64,000 bases of DNA from Andalucia godoyi And28. Lineage: Eukaryota; Protista; Jakobida. Position 1 is the first letter of the stretch, and each line of letters opens with the position of its first letter. Made by a program: the position numbers and the translations under genes. The stretch covers positions 1-64,000 of the forward strand of contig VRVR01000062.1 of NCBI GenBank assembly GCA_009859145.1. Direction: 5' to 3'. The notes under the pieces are model-generated. The model was not told the origin of the DNA. It ran no database searches and saw nothing but the letters and a program-made list of their open reading frames with translations. This document shows positions 51,785 through 63,257 of this stretch, one piece after another.

Positions 51785-52334
51785 CGCCTACATTACACAC
51801 TGAACATGCATATCTACGAATAGACACAGTCTTGCATCCCGTTGCCGGGAAGGGGATAGGCACCCAACACGCCTCACGGCGTTCTTCAGATAGATGTTCC
51901 GCGCTCCGTTCCCAATCTCGATCAATGGGTGAGCCACTTTCTCAGCGTGACACGTTGTTCCTGAGAAGGGTGCATTTTGATGCTGACGGCCCTAGCAGCA
52001 GGCGTAGTGACACATGGTCTCTTAGGAGGTCTGCGGGACCTAGGAGGCCCTGGCATCGGGCGGCGTAGGCGTAGGCGAATGCGTCATCCCAGCGCACTCA
52101 CGCCCATATTTGAATTAAAACGTGAAACCAACGAATGATAGAATAGATGGCCACGGATGCTGCGTTAAAGAGTGTCGAAAATGCAGAGCCTGTGTCACCG
52201 GCTGAATTTTGGCCGAGCGTGCGTAAGCACGAATTCCTGTGAAACAAAACGTGCTTGTGTCGGCCAGTATTGACCATGTCTGTTTATGGATACCTTCTTT
52301 CTGTATGCATGACAATGACGTGTCATTATTCAGC
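51785..52334. mobile_element. Dispersed repeat family, copy B (same orientation as copy A)
   Basis: Near-identical to 765-1312; starts 68 bp from the tRNA-Ile 5' end. Confidence 0.9.
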
Positions 52335-52513
52335 AGTTTTCGTCTTTTTGATTTGTGTTCTCGTCGAAAAGAAAGAAAAGAAGGACTGCTTTGCATGCTG
52401 GCGCAGTCTGAATTTATTGGCTCTTTTGTGTCGAGAAACTCCAGAAACTGCAAGATCTCTGTTTCTTGTCTTGTTCAGGGGTGGTTTTTGACGTTCTGAA
52501 ATGCGATGATGCA

Positions 52514-53896
52514 ATGACTACGACGATATTTTCTTGTTCGCAAGACAAGTTTTCTGACGGGCCTTCTGGTCTTCTTGACTATTCGGCAGGGATCTTCCCG
52601 GGGCGCTTCGTGTGCGACACGTACATGGACTGCGATGACTGGGAGGACGAATCTATTGCTCGCTGCAGCCCTCGGTCACTGGTTCTAGTATACTATATCT
52701 TCCTTCTTCTGTATGCAATATTGTCTTCATTTTGCTTGTTGTGTATGTTTCTCGTATATCGCTATCGGCATCATAAGGTGATGAGATCATCATCGTACAA
52801 ATTTCTGTGTGCAGTCTTGTTTGGGTGCATTGGTGGTTATGCAGCTCTGTTTCCTTGGATCGGAGTTCCCAACGACTACAAATGCCGGTTTCGAGCATGG
52901 ATGTTGGGTATTGCTTTCGTGTTTGGGTGGGGAGCGCTGTTTGCGCGCACTTACCGCATCGCAAAGATCTTTCAGGCGAACCGACATCTCCGCAAGGCTC
53001 CCCGCGTTCGAGATCTGGACCTCGCGATCATCATTGCAATTTTGCTGATCATCGAAATCCTGATATTTGGCGTTTGGGCAGCTCTGGACAACTGGAAAGC
53101 TGTTCGGAATTCAGACGGGCATTTGGTTTGTGATGCTGGGTACAAGCTGGAATTTCTTGCCGTATTGTTCATCTACAAGCTGATTCTTATGCTGTGGGGA
53201 TGTTGGCTGGCGTGGCAAACGCGGAACGTTTACAAGGAATTCAACGAGTCCAAATATATATTTGGTGCGATTGTGGCGTGGCTTGTACTCGCTGTTGTTG
53301 CGCTCCCTCTCTTGTTCACAGGCATCGTCACCCAAGGCGATCTTGTACTCGATTTCTGCATCCAGTTCATCTTGGTCGCGATTGGTATATCTGTTGTTGT
53401 CGGATTCATATTCGTTCCAAAGTTCTTGGCGATGTACAGAATGTCCAGAGACCCAGAGTATGCAAAGAAGTTTGCAAAGTCGCAAGATATTGGTACTCGA
53501 TCTGCCAGAACAGGCACGCTACATGCGTCGGAATTCAAAAGCCCTACCAGATCGCTTAAACCGGAATCTAACAAGCAGGGACATCCGGACGCCGGCGAGA
53601 CTGCGGCAGGCGCAATACGATTGACGGATTCGAGAGTCGAAAGAGCAAGTGTACAGCATTCCGAACAAGGTGATGATGTAGAAAATTTATCTCGTAGCAA
53701 GTATGCTTCTCTTCCCCCGTTGCCCCGTCCGCAAATCGATGGACTTTCTCCATCTCTCTCACCGCTCCCTCCGCCACCCATCCCGCGACATCTGTTCTCA
53801 TCTTCTAGTGTCCCTCTTCCACCCCCTCCTCGCCCTGCACAGGATCAAGCCCTTTCGCAAGCAGGAAGTTTTCCCGACGCTTCCTCGCGGATTTGA
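52514..53896 (+). CDS. Class C (7tm_3) GPCR-like protein with a short LDLa-like N-terminus and Pro-rich tail
   Basis: Seven hydrophobic segments with YRHHKVMRSSS, FARTYRI, TRNVYKEFNESKYI, FVPKF; N-terminal CDTYMDCDDWEDE. First ATG at 52514, no signal peptide seen. Confidence 0.8.
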   Translation: MTTTIFSCSQDKFSDGPSGLLDYSAGIFPGRFVCDTYMDCDDWEDESIARCSPRSLVLVYYIFLLLYAILSSFCLLCMFLVYRYRHHKVMRSSSYKFLCAVLFGCIGGYAALFPWIGVPNDYKCRFRAWMLGIAFVFGWGALFARTYRIAKIFQANRHLRKAPRVRDLDLAIIIAILLIIEILIFGVWAALDNWKAVRNSDGHLVCDAGYKLEFLAVLFIYKLILMLWGCWLAWQTRNVYKEFNESKYIFGAIVAWLVLAVVALPLLFTGIVTQGDLVLDFCIQFILVAIGISVVVGFIFVPKFLAMYRMSRDPEYAKKFAKSQDIGTRSARTGTLHASEFKSPTRSLKPESNKQGHPDAGETAAGAIRLTDSRVERASVQHSEQGDDVENLSRSKYASLPPLPRPQIDGLSPSLSPLPPPPIPRHLFSSSSVPLPPPPRPAQDQALSQAGSFPDASSRI

Positions 53897-54168
53897 TTGT
53901 GTGTGTGTGGTGGTGGTGGGGATTTGTACATTTTAAAGATTTCTCACGACTGTTTTTTTTCTGTCTTTTGCTATTGTTGTTTCATCCCTGATTGCCGTGG
54001 ACTGTATAGGCCCCAATAGCACTTCGGCATTTGCTGCGTGTACCGTTCCACAATCAGGATCGATCCGACGTCCGATCCACCGCTCGCCCTGCAAAACCGC
54101 CCCTCGAAGTCTCGTACGTTTTCCGTACGGTACCGGGCATCACGTACATCGGGATTCCATGTGGCAAG

Positions 54169-54210
<42 letters not shown>

Positions 54211-54429
54211 AAGAAAATAACAGAACAGATGTGTCACATACAAAATGAACCCTAGCGATATGTTTTGTTTGCCGAGCAAAGAACGGCCATCCGAAACACG
54301 AACAATTCACTATGCCGCTCTGCAGACATCGATGCATGTTTCGTCCCAGCGGTTCACCAATATTTTTTACCGAATGGATCTACAGATTGTGCAAGAGCCG
54401 AACAAATAACAGAGCAAAAACTGACATTC

Positions 54430-56457
54430 TCAGTAGACACGCTTTTGTGGCGGGAATGGCTGAACTCCATCGGTATCGTTAAGGACATTCACGTGGACAG
54501 GACGGTAGCCAAGCTTGACCTTTCCAGTTTGGAGATCGACCCAAGACATCGTGTGCTTCATCCACGTTGCGTCATCACGCTCTTTGAAATCATCACGGGC
54601 ATGAGCGCCTCGAGATTCTTTACGAGCTTCGGCACCAACCATGGTTTGAACGGCGTTGATCATCAAGTTTTGCAATTCAAGAGCCTCAATCAGATCTGTG
54701 TTATAGGTCATGGAGCGATCACGCAGACGGACATGGTCCAACTGTCCATAAATGTCATACATCTTTCGAACACCTTCTTCAAGGAGATCTTGACGGCGGA
54801 AAACTGCAGCATGATTCTGCATCGTCTTCTGCATGGATGTGCGCACTTCTGCAACAGTATACTTTCCGTTCGAATGACGCAACCGGTCGAGGTTCTCGAG
54901 CGACTGCATGCCAGCATCCGCAGGCAAAGGCGCTTGCTTGTCACCAGGCTTGTGCTTCCGCTCGACGGTGTCTGCGCACGCACGTCCGAAAACAACAATG
55001 TCCAACAAAGAATTGGCTCCCAGACGGTTGGCACCGTGAACAGACGCACAAGATGCTTCTCCGGCCGCCATCAAACCAGGAATGATGGAATCGGGGTTAC
55101 CGTTCTTCATAGTGACAGCTTCACCAGTCCAGATCGTCGGAATGCCGCCCATATTGTAGTGCACAGTCGGCAAAACAGGAATAGGTTCCTTAGTAACATC
55201 CACTCCGGCAAAGATCGCTGCGGTTTCAGAGATACCTGGCAAACGCTCACGAAGCACTTCCGCAGGGAGATGGGACAACTGCAGAAGAATGTGATCCTTA
55301 TTCGGGCCAACACCACGACCTTCAAGAATCTCCACTGTCATCGCACGAGAAACGACATCCCGAGACGCAAGATCCTTGGCAGTCGGTGCATAACGCTCCA
55401 TAAATCGCTCACCAAGACCGTTCAACAAGAATCCGCCCTCACCGCGAGATCCTTCCGTGATCAAACATCCAGCACCGTAGATGCCAGTTGGATGGAACTG
55501 CACGAACTCCAGATCTGAAAGCGGCAGCCCAGCTCGAGAAACCATGGCATTACCGTCTCCAGTGCAAGTATGCGCTGAGGTGCAAGAGAAGTACGCGCGT
55601 CCATAGCCACCGGTTGCGAGAATGGTTTCATTTGCGCGGAAGCGATGGATAGACCCATCCTCCATGCACATCGCAAGAACTCCTCTGCAAGCACCGTCTT
55701 GGTCCATCAGCAGATCAAGTGCAAAGTATTCAATGAAGAATTTGGTATTGTACTTGAGTGCCTGGCCGTACATGGTGTGCAAAATGGCGTGTCCCGTTCT
55801 GTCTGCGGCGGCAGCACACCGCTGAGCCTGGCCCCCCTTACCATAGTCCAGTGACTGTCCTCCGAAGGGGCGCTGGTAAATCTTCCCTTCGTCGGTACGC
55901 GAGAATGGCACTCCCATGTGTTCAAGTTCACGAACAGTACTCGGTGCCTCCTTGCACATGTAGTGAATGGCATCTTGGTCTCCGAGCCAGTCAGAGCCCT
56001 TCACCGTATCGTACATATGGTAGCGCCAATCATCTCGGCCCATGTTTCCGAGAGCCGCGTTGATGCCGCCCTGCGCAGCGACTGTGTGGGAGCGAGTAGG
56101 AAACAATTTGCTGATGCACGCAACGTCGTATCCTTTCTGCGCCAGACCCATGGCTGCACGAAGACCTGCACCACCAGCTCCAACAACAACTGCATCATAT
56201 GTATGATCCACAATGGGGTATTCGCGAGAAATCTGTCCCTGTGAAGGTCCAGTCACGGGAGTCGTGCGTGACACCACAGTCGAGAAGGAGCGTATTGACA
56301 GAAACTACAGAGTGATTAACCAAGACACAGTATTGCATGAGCCGCATGGAGTTCGACATCAAAATGAATACGGAATAAAGAGGAAGAGGAAGAGGAAGTG
56401 CAAAGGGCGGCCGTGAGAGAGGGGAATACATACTCGTCTACCGAAAGAGGGCAGCAT
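54430..56457 (-). CDS. SDHA: Succinate dehydrogenase flavoprotein, two exons (56457-56434, 56304-54430)
   Basis: [39 protein letters not shown]. Intron 56305-56433 (GTATGT...CTGTAG) reconstitutes the presequence [17 protein letters not shown]. Confidence 0.97.
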
Positions 56458-56911
56458 GACAACAAACGTATACGATAATGAAAAGATGAAGAAGGAATAA
56501 GAAACCAAAAGAATGAGTAAGAAGAAGAAAGAAGAGAGAGCAGAAAAACCAACAACATAAGGTCAAAAACAAAACAGGAGGAAAATTGAGAAAGCCGGAA
56601 AATGAAAAAGAAAAGGCTGGAGAGAGAGCAGGGAGTGCGACTGAAATTGCAGCATGGGTACCGGTTATTGGCACGCTGCAAAATTGCAATGGGAACGCGG
56701 GGGACTACAACAGGTAACGGCCGGCGCACGAAGTTCTCATTTCCGATTCCGTGTCAGGGGAATCTCGATTTCCAAACGAAGAGCAGAACCCCCCCGTTAA
56801 AAGAAACCGTAGAATTCTGGCTGTTTGTCTTTTTTGGTTTTAATGCAGTCGTGAAGAATTAAAATATCTAAATCTTAGAACAGCCGAGCACGTGAGAAAT
56901 CTGGAGGGGAC

Positions 56912-59900
56912 ATGCATGCGGGAGAGAAGACAGGAACTGCAGTTCCGTCACACGCAGTGTCGTCCTTTGATTTGCAAGACATGCAGCAGCGACAAATTGA
57001 ATATGACATTGACGAAGAAAGGCTGAAAGAAGAAAGTTCCGACGAAACGATTTTCGACGAAAAAGGATTTCTTTGGTTATCAAAACAGAATCCTCTGAGA
57101 AGGCTTCTTATGACACTGCTTCAATGGCCTTGGTTCGACAGATTCATCCTGGTCGCCATTGTCACCAACTGTGCGTTTTTGGCTGCATATGATCCTACAG
57201 AAAAGGACACGGAAAGGAATCGCATTTGTGATACAGCGGGATATGCGTTTACGGCAATCTTTGCTTCGGAAATGTGCATCAAAATTTTTGCTATGGGATT
57301 TATCCTCAATGATCATGCGTACATCCGGGATGGATGGAACGTCCTCGATTTCACTGTCGTCGTGACATCGCTCGCTGAGATTGTTGTGGGAACGGGAGTT
57401 TCTGCAATTCGAGCACTGCGAGTACTTCGGCCACTCAGAACCATTTCGGCGGTACCCCAGCTGAGAATTATCGTGGATACTTTAATCAAGTCGGTGAAGA
57501 ATCTTGCAAACGCTGCAGCATTGTTCGTCTTCTTTTTTGTACTGTTCTCACTCACGGGAGTCCAGTTGTTCCAGGGCCTGTTCCACCAACAGTGCTACCA
57601 GGCGACTGACATTTCTGTCCTGGACTCAACAGAACCAGACGCTCGATGCTCGGTAGTGGACACTGGTCGGCATTGTCCAGCTGGATACACGTGTCTGCCC
57701 AATTCCCCAAACCCTAATTTTGGGATAACCTCCTTTGACAATATGGGTTGGGCACTTATCGTAGTATTTCAGTGTCTGACAATGGAAGGGTGGACGCAGA
57801 TTATGTACTTCAGCCAAGACGCGTATGCTGGTTCGACGGCAATCTACTTCATACTCATCATCTTTCTGGGCTCCTTTTTCCTCGTGCAACTGACGTTGGC
57901 CGTCGTTAACGACATTTTTGAATCTGCAACGGAACATGAAAAAGAGCTAGAGGAAAGGATAGCAGACGTTGAAAATGAGAAACATGAGACGCAAGGGGCT
58001 AGATTCGCTGAAATCACGAGAGAAGCTGTTCGTGCAAGTAAGAACGGAACACGGAAAGGAGAAGACATGCAGGAAATCAGTTTTTCGCAGAACAGTTCTA
58101 AAGCCTCCGAGTCCAGCACTGTCGAATCCAAACGAAGCGAGTCAGATTCAGAGACCGACATCAGCGAGGTCGCAACACACCCCTGGCCTCTTTTAGTTTT
58201 GGCTCGTCTTCGGAAGAGATTGCGCCGCGTGATCAGCAGTCGGTACTTCGTTGGATTCATTTCCGTAATGATTCTGCTGAACACGGTCGTCCTAGCAATG
58301 GACTATTACCCAGAGAGTGAAGCGTATGCTAACGCCTTGTGGACGGCAAATGTAGTATTCACTGCTGTTTTTGTGGCAGAGCTTGTGATTAAGTTCATTG
58401 CTTTAGGGCCGAAACAGTACGTCTCAGACCGATTTAACATATTTGACGCGGTGGTCGTGGTCTTTTCCGTGCTTGAGCTCATCATTGGGGATTCCAACGG
58501 CCTCTCAGTACTCCGTATTTTCCGTCTCATGCGTCTCTTCAAGCTTGTGCGTTCATGGAAGTCTTTGAATAGTCTCTTGGAAACCATAGCGCGATCCATT
58601 GCGTCAGTTGCCTGGCTGTCCATGTTGTTGCTCTTGGTGATTTTCATTTTTGCACTGTTAGGAATGAGCTTGTTTGGCGGCAACGTGCAAGTGGATGGTG
58701 AGGTTCCGCGGTCAAACTTTGACACAATCTACTGGTCCATGATCACAGTATTCCAGATTTTAACTGGCGAAAACTGGAATGAAGTCATGTACAATTGCAT
58801 CACGGGGACATCTTGGGGGGCGGCATTCTATTTTGTCGGTGTTGTGTGCGTCGGAAATTATCTCATTCTGAATCTTTTCATCGCCATTCTTTTGGGGAAC
58901 ATATCTCCGGAAGATTCCGGTGACGAAAACACAGCAACCCTAGAGTACTCTGGTGACGCCGACGCGAGCAAGGAGCCCTCCGGACCATTGGGTGCGTCTG
59001 TTGTGCCACTTCCAACGACGAGTATCAAAGACGGATCGGATACAGAGCAGGAGGAGGAAGAAAACACACGGTCCGTTAGCAAGCAACAGGTGGAAAGTCG
59101 GGAAGACGCAGGATGCACTGTATTTTCGACCTCTCGAAACAAATCACTGTGCATGTTCTCTGAGAACAGCCGTGTTCGTCAGTTCTCTCACAGACTGATG
59201 GAGCACTGGTTGTTTGAGACCGTTGTCCTTCTGTGCATCTTCTGTTCTGCTGTGACACTGGCAATGGAGAACCCAAATGACGATCCGCAGTCGGAACAAA
59301 GCATCGTTCTCAACGACGTGAATCTGGCACTGACAGTCATTTTCACATTAGAAATGGTCATCAAAGTTGTTGCGATGGGATTCGTCTTTCATGAAAAGGC
59401 GTATCTGCGAGACAACTGGAACAAACTAGACTTCGTGGTTGTTATCGTTTCTTTGGCGTCGTCTGCGCAAGCATCAGAAGGGCTGCAGGTTGTGAAAGTT
59501 CTTCGGATCCTGAGGATTCTGCGCCCTCTGCGGCTCGTCGGGAAAGCCGCTGGAATGCGCGTCGTTGTTGACACACTGGTCAGATCGGTTCCGCCTATTT
59601 TGTCTGTTTTCCTCATTTTCTTAATCCTGCTAACGGTATTCGGCATTTTGGGAGTGCAGCTGTTTGCAGGGAAATTTTACAGATGCAACGATCTCGCTGT
59701 CGAAACAAAAAACCAGTGCACTGGGAACTTTACGGATCTCAATGGAAGCACAATACAGCGCGACTGGAGCCAGCCGATGGCGAATTTCGACAACTTTGGA
59801 AATTCCATACTAACACTCATCGGCATCATGGGAACCGAAGGGTGGACGGACGTTATGTATGACGGCATCGATGCTACTGACTATGACCGGCAACCTCGAC

Positions 59901-61468
59901 GAAATAACAACCCGGCAAACGCACTGTTCTTTGTCAGCTGGATCGTTGTCATTACCTTCTTTATGGTCAATCTGTTTGTTGGTGTGCTGATAGACAAGTA
60001 TTTCACTTTGAAAGAAGAAGCAGGGGCAAATGGATCTCTTCTGTTGACCGACGTGCAAAAGAAATGGATCGAACTTCACAGGTCATTGTGGAGATCAAAG
60101 CCGTCGAGGAAGCTGAAAGAACCAGTTCAGAAATGGAGAAAACCCTTCTTTCGGATGGTCTCCTCCAAACCATTCGATCTCTTCATTGCTTTCATCATCA
60201 TCTTGAACATTCTTGTGATGTGCATTGAGCATTACCAACAGTCAGACTCGGTATCTCAGTTTCTTGAAATTTCTAACATCTGCTTTACGTCGCTGTTTGT
60301 TCTCGAAGCAATATTGAAAAATGTGGGATTAGGACCCAGACAGTACTTTTCTTCTGGATGGAACTGTTTTGACTTCTTCATTGTCATCATTTCTGTGATT
60401 GCCTTTTTTGTCAATACAGGAATAGGTGTCTCCATATTTCGACTGTTCCGAGTGCTAAGACTTTTCCGGCTGGTGAAATCGGCCAAGGGAATTCGCATGC
60501 TTCTAAAGACGCTGCTGTGGTCCCTTCCCTCCCTCTCCAACGTAGGATCTTTGTTGGCTTTGCTGTTCTTTACGTATGCAGTTCTGGGGGTGAACTTCTT
60601 TGTCAACGTGAAATACGGCGTTTGTTTGGACAGGCATGCAAATTTCGAAACATTCGGCAACGCATTGCTAACTCTAATGCGCATGATTACTGGGGAGTCT
60701 TGGAACTGCATCATGTACGATTGCATGGTTCAACCCCCCAACTGTTCACACGAAGAAGGAAACTGTGGATCCCCTGCCGCGCCTTTGTACTTCATCACTT
60801 TTGTAGTACTGGGAGCAACAATCTTGCTGAACGTTTTCATTGCAGTAATTCTGGAAAACTTTGCCACTGTCTCGAACGACGAGCAGAACACCATCACTGA
60901 GAATGATATTGAGGAATATGCAGAAACGTGGCAAGCCTTTGATCCAGGAGCGTCCGGTTATATTCCTCTGAGAGAACTTCCAAAGCTTATTGAGACTCTC
61001 AGTGCTCCCCTCGGTGCAGGTCGAGCGCTCCCACGAAAAAAGATGATGAACTGGGTATCTTCTCTCCATGTTCGAGTACATCTTCGATCCAGGAAGGTGA
61101 TCGACGCTGAGATTGGCAGTGAAGTGGATGGGCTGCTCGAGTACAACGAGCTGTTAATTGCAATGGCGAAGAGAATTCTAGGTCCCGAAGCAGAGCTCCC
61201 GGAAGAAATGGAGGAAGTCGTCGACACCGCCAAACCCGTTGAAAGCCGACAGCCATCAAGGCTGTTTAGTGGGTTGCTAACGAGAAAAACGACGGACACT
61301 GCAGCATCCAGCGAAACTGGAATGCTCGCAACCGAAATCGGAAACGACGCACAGAGGACTCGTCCGCAAATACAGTATACTGCGGCAGAATATTACGCCG
61401 CACTGGCAGTACAAAGGGGAGTTCGAGCCTTTTTGAAAAGAAAGAGAGAGCGGCTTGACAACCCATGA
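56912..61468 (+). CDS. Four-domain voltage-gated calcium channel alpha subunit (EEEE filter)
   Basis: 1518 aa, 4x6TM; pore loops TMEGW, TGENW, GTEGW, TGESW; four Arg/Lys S4 helices; C-terminal EF-hand-like and IQ-like (AVQRGVR) segments. Confidence 0.95.
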   Translation: MHAGEKTGTAVPSHAVSSFDLQDMQQRQIEYDIDEERLKEESSDETIFDEKGFLWLSKQNPLRRLLMTLLQWPWFDRFILVAIVTNCAFLAAYDPTEKDTERNRICDTAGYAFTAIFASEMCIKIFAMGFILNDHAYIRDGWNVLDFTVVVTSLAEIVVGTGVSAIRALRVLRPLRTISAVPQLRIIVDTLIKSVKNLANAAALFVFFFVLFSLTGVQLFQGLFHQQCYQATDISVLDSTEPDARCSVVDTGRHCPAGYTCLPNSPNPNFGITSFDNMGWALIVVFQCLTMEGWTQIMYFSQDAYAGSTAIYFILIIFLGSFFLVQLTLAVVNDIFESATEHEKELEERIADVENEKHETQGARFAEITREAVRASKNGTRKGEDMQEISFSQNSSKASESSTVESKRSESDSETDISEVATHPWPLLVLARLRKRLRRVISSRYFVGFISVMILLNTVVLAMDYYPESEAYANALWTANVVFTAVFVAELVIKFIALGPKQYVSDRFNIFDAVVVVFSVLELIIGDSNGLSVLRIFRLMRLFKLVRSWKSLNSLLETIARSIASVAWLSMLLLLVIFIFALLGMSLFGGNVQVDGEVPRSNFDTIYWSMITVFQILTGENWNEVMYNCITGTSWGAAFYFVGVVCVGNYLILNLFIAILLGNISPEDSGDENTATLEYSGDADASKEPSGPLGASVVPLPTTSIKDGSDTEQEEEENTRSVSKQQVESREDAGCTVFSTSRNKSLCMFSENSRVRQFSHRLMEHWLFETVVLLCIFCSAVTLAMENPNDDPQSEQSIVLNDVNLALTVIFTLEMVIKVVAMGFVFHEKAYLRDNWNKLDFVVVIVSLASSAQASEGLQVVKVLRILRILRPLRLVGKAAGMRVVVDTLVRSVPPILSVFLIFLILLTVFGILGVQLFAGKFYRCNDLAVETKNQCTGNFTDLNGSTIQRDWSQPMANFDNFGNSILTLIGIMGTEGWTDVMYDGIDATDYDRQPRRNNNPANALFFVSWIVVITFFMVNLFVGVLIDKYFTLKEEAGANGSLLLTDVQKKWIELHRSLWRSKPSRKLKEPVQKWRKPFFRMVSSKPFDLFIAFIIILNILVMCIEHYQQSDSVSQFLEISNICFTSLFVLEAILKNVGLGPRQYFSSGWNCFDFFIVIISVIAFFVNTGIGVSIFRLFRVLRLFRLVKSAKGIRMLLKTLLWSLPSLSNVGSLLALLFFTYAVLGVNFFVNVKYGVCLDRHANFETFGNALLTLMRMITGESWNCIMYDCMVQPPNCSHEEGNCGSPAAPLYFITFVVLGATILLNVFIAVILENFATVSNDEQNTITENDIEEYAETWQAFDPGASGYIPLRELPKLIETLSAPLGAGRALPRKKMMNWVSSLHVRVHLRSRKVIDAEIGSEVDGLLEYNELLIAMAKRILGPEAELPEEMEEVVDTAKPVESRQPSRLFSGLLTRKTTDTAASSETGMLATEIGNDAQRTRPQIQYTAAEYYAALAVQRGVRAFLKRKRERLDNP

Positions 61469-61654
61469 CTCCGTCCACTGTATTCGGCAAATGAGAGGCA
61501 AGAGAGCGTAAAACGATACGAGTGGGAGAGAGACTGCCTGCTGTTTAAAAAAAAAACACAAAAAAACAAAAAAAAAAACAACAACAAACTGCAATGTTGT
61601 ATGGCAGTCGATCGTATGAAAAAAAACAATCGTCTAAGGAGACAGGCGCACCTT

Positions 61655-61678
61655 CCCCCCCCCCCCCCCCCCCCCCCC
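61655..61678. repeat. Poly-C tract between convergent genes
   Basis: About 24 consecutive C. Confidence 0.9.
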
Positions 61679-61766
61679 ACAACAACCACAGCACACACGT
61701 GCATGCGCACCGTGTTCTTCAAATACACATTGCGCGATCCACGAAATAAAACATGATTAGAACAGG

Positions 61767-63257
61767 TCAAACGGTATGCACTTGTCGTTCAAGGATGGCA
61801 ACTGTTTCCACATGTGTTGTCTGAGGAAACATGTCATAAGCACGAAGTGATTTGCATTGGAAACTGCCAAGATCGAACAGACTTGCCACGTCTCGAGCGA
61901 GCGTAGCGGGGTCACACGACATGTAAACGACGGTTCGAATGTTTGAGCAGCCTGCGAGTTGCTTCCGCACAATGTCGGACAGACCCGAGCGAGGAGGATT
62001 CAGCACCGCGACACATGCGGACGACAAGATCGTTGACGCTTTGCTGTTGTCGTTCATGAAATCTTCGACAGACATCGCGTGAAACGTCGCATTGTGCACG
62101 TTATTGTTTTTTGCATTTTCTCGAGCACAGTCCACCAATACGCGGTCTAGCTCGACAGAATGGCAGACGAGCTGATGTTTTGCAAGCCACAAGCCAACAA
62201 TTCCAATGCCTCCGTACAAATCCAAGACACAGCCCCTGTATCCCTGTTGGTCGTACTGCTCAAGAACGGCGTCCACAATGTCGCGATAGATGGTTTCAGC
62301 AAGTTCCGGAAGCACCTGAACAAAGGATGATTTTGAGTACGTTATGTGAAGCGTGTCTGAAGCTGACGGAGTCCCAAGCAATACCTCCCACGTCCCTCTT
62401 GCGTGCTGCAGAGACGATGGATCGTGATTTGCACGATGAACAGTGACCTCACATCCCGGAAGTTCAGTCGAAACACGTTGCTGCAAGCGACTCCACACGT
62501 TCTCCAAGCCTTTCTGGCAGCGGACGGTAATGATGCAAGAGAGATTCTGCTTGGAATGGAGCGCAGAGAACAACAATACATCTCCAATTGTGTTCCTCTG
62601 GTGATGGGTCGATTTGGAGGATGGTCGGCATGCCTCGATTGCGCTCCAATCGACCGCCGAAAATGCCTCGCGCAACACGCTGACAACACGACCGAAATCA
62701 TCTCGACCCTCAAATATCGGACATTCTGTGACTTGTACGATTTCACGGTGCGCAGTCATCCGATCATTGGAAACTCGCGATGGCGATGGCGGCTGCGATG
62801 GCACGTCGCTCTCCGTTGAAACATATCCAATTTGCACTTGCCGCGCATTGGCTGGATCCCTCGAAATCGAGAGACGGACTTTGGTTCTGTATGCAAACGG
62901 CGCAGGGGCTGGAACAACATCGAAATCAGGGACGCTCATCCGCGCAATCCTTTCAAAGCTCTCTTCGATCCAGCGCTTTTTCGTCGCGACCTGCGACCCA
63001 TATTGTAAATGCTGCAGCTGGCAGCCTCCACACTTCCCATAGTGCAGGCACTGCGGAACAGTACGATCGGCAGCGGTGGTATGAAGAGCAGTCACCATGC
63101 CGTTCGAAAAGCGCTTCAGCGTCTTGCAAAGTACGTATGACACTTCCTCTTGTGGAACCACATTGCTGAGAAAGACGATTCCGTGTTCCGGACTTCGCAC
63201 CAGACCCCGACCAGAATACACCAGCTTTTCAACAACTCCACGAAAGGTCGCCGCCAT
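61767..63257 (-). CDS. RNA uracil-5-methyltransferase, bacterial RlmD/RumA-like (TRAM domain, Fe-S motif)
   Basis: VEKLVYSGRGL TRAM start, CLHYGKCGGCQLQH, SFVQV, LDLYGGIG, NPPRSGL, YMSCDPATLARD, DMFPQTTHVE. Confidence 0.9.
   Translation of the reverse strand: MAATFRGVVEKLVYSGRGLVRSPEHGIVFLSNVVPQEEVSYVLCKTLKRFSNGMVTALHTTAADRTVPQCLHYGKCGGCQLQHLQYGSQVATKKRWIEESFERIARMSVPDFDVVPAPAPFAYRTKVRLSISRDPANARQVQIGYVSTESDVPSQPPSPSRVSNDRMTAHREIVQVTECPIFEGRDDFGRVVSVLREAFSAVDWSAIEACRPSSKSTHHQRNTIGDVLLFSALHSKQNLSCIITVRCQKGLENVWSRLQQRVSTELPGCEVTVHRANHDPSSLQHARGTWEVLLGTPSASDTLHITYSKSSFVQVLPELAETIYRDIVDAVLEQYDQQGYRGCVLDLYGGIGIVGLWLAKHQLVCHSVELDRVLVDCARENAKNNNVHNATFHAMSVEDFMNDNSKASTILSSACVAVLNPPRSGLSDIVRKQLAGCSNIRTVVYMSCDPATLARDVASLFDLGSFQCKSLRAYDMFPQTTHVETVAILERQVHTV

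Noticed and set aside
61655-61678. Poly-C/G tracts (also near 17724 and 28810) as G-quadruplex regulatory elements
   Set aside because: Homopolymers and microsatellites are common in every spacer of this window; nothing specific supports a function.
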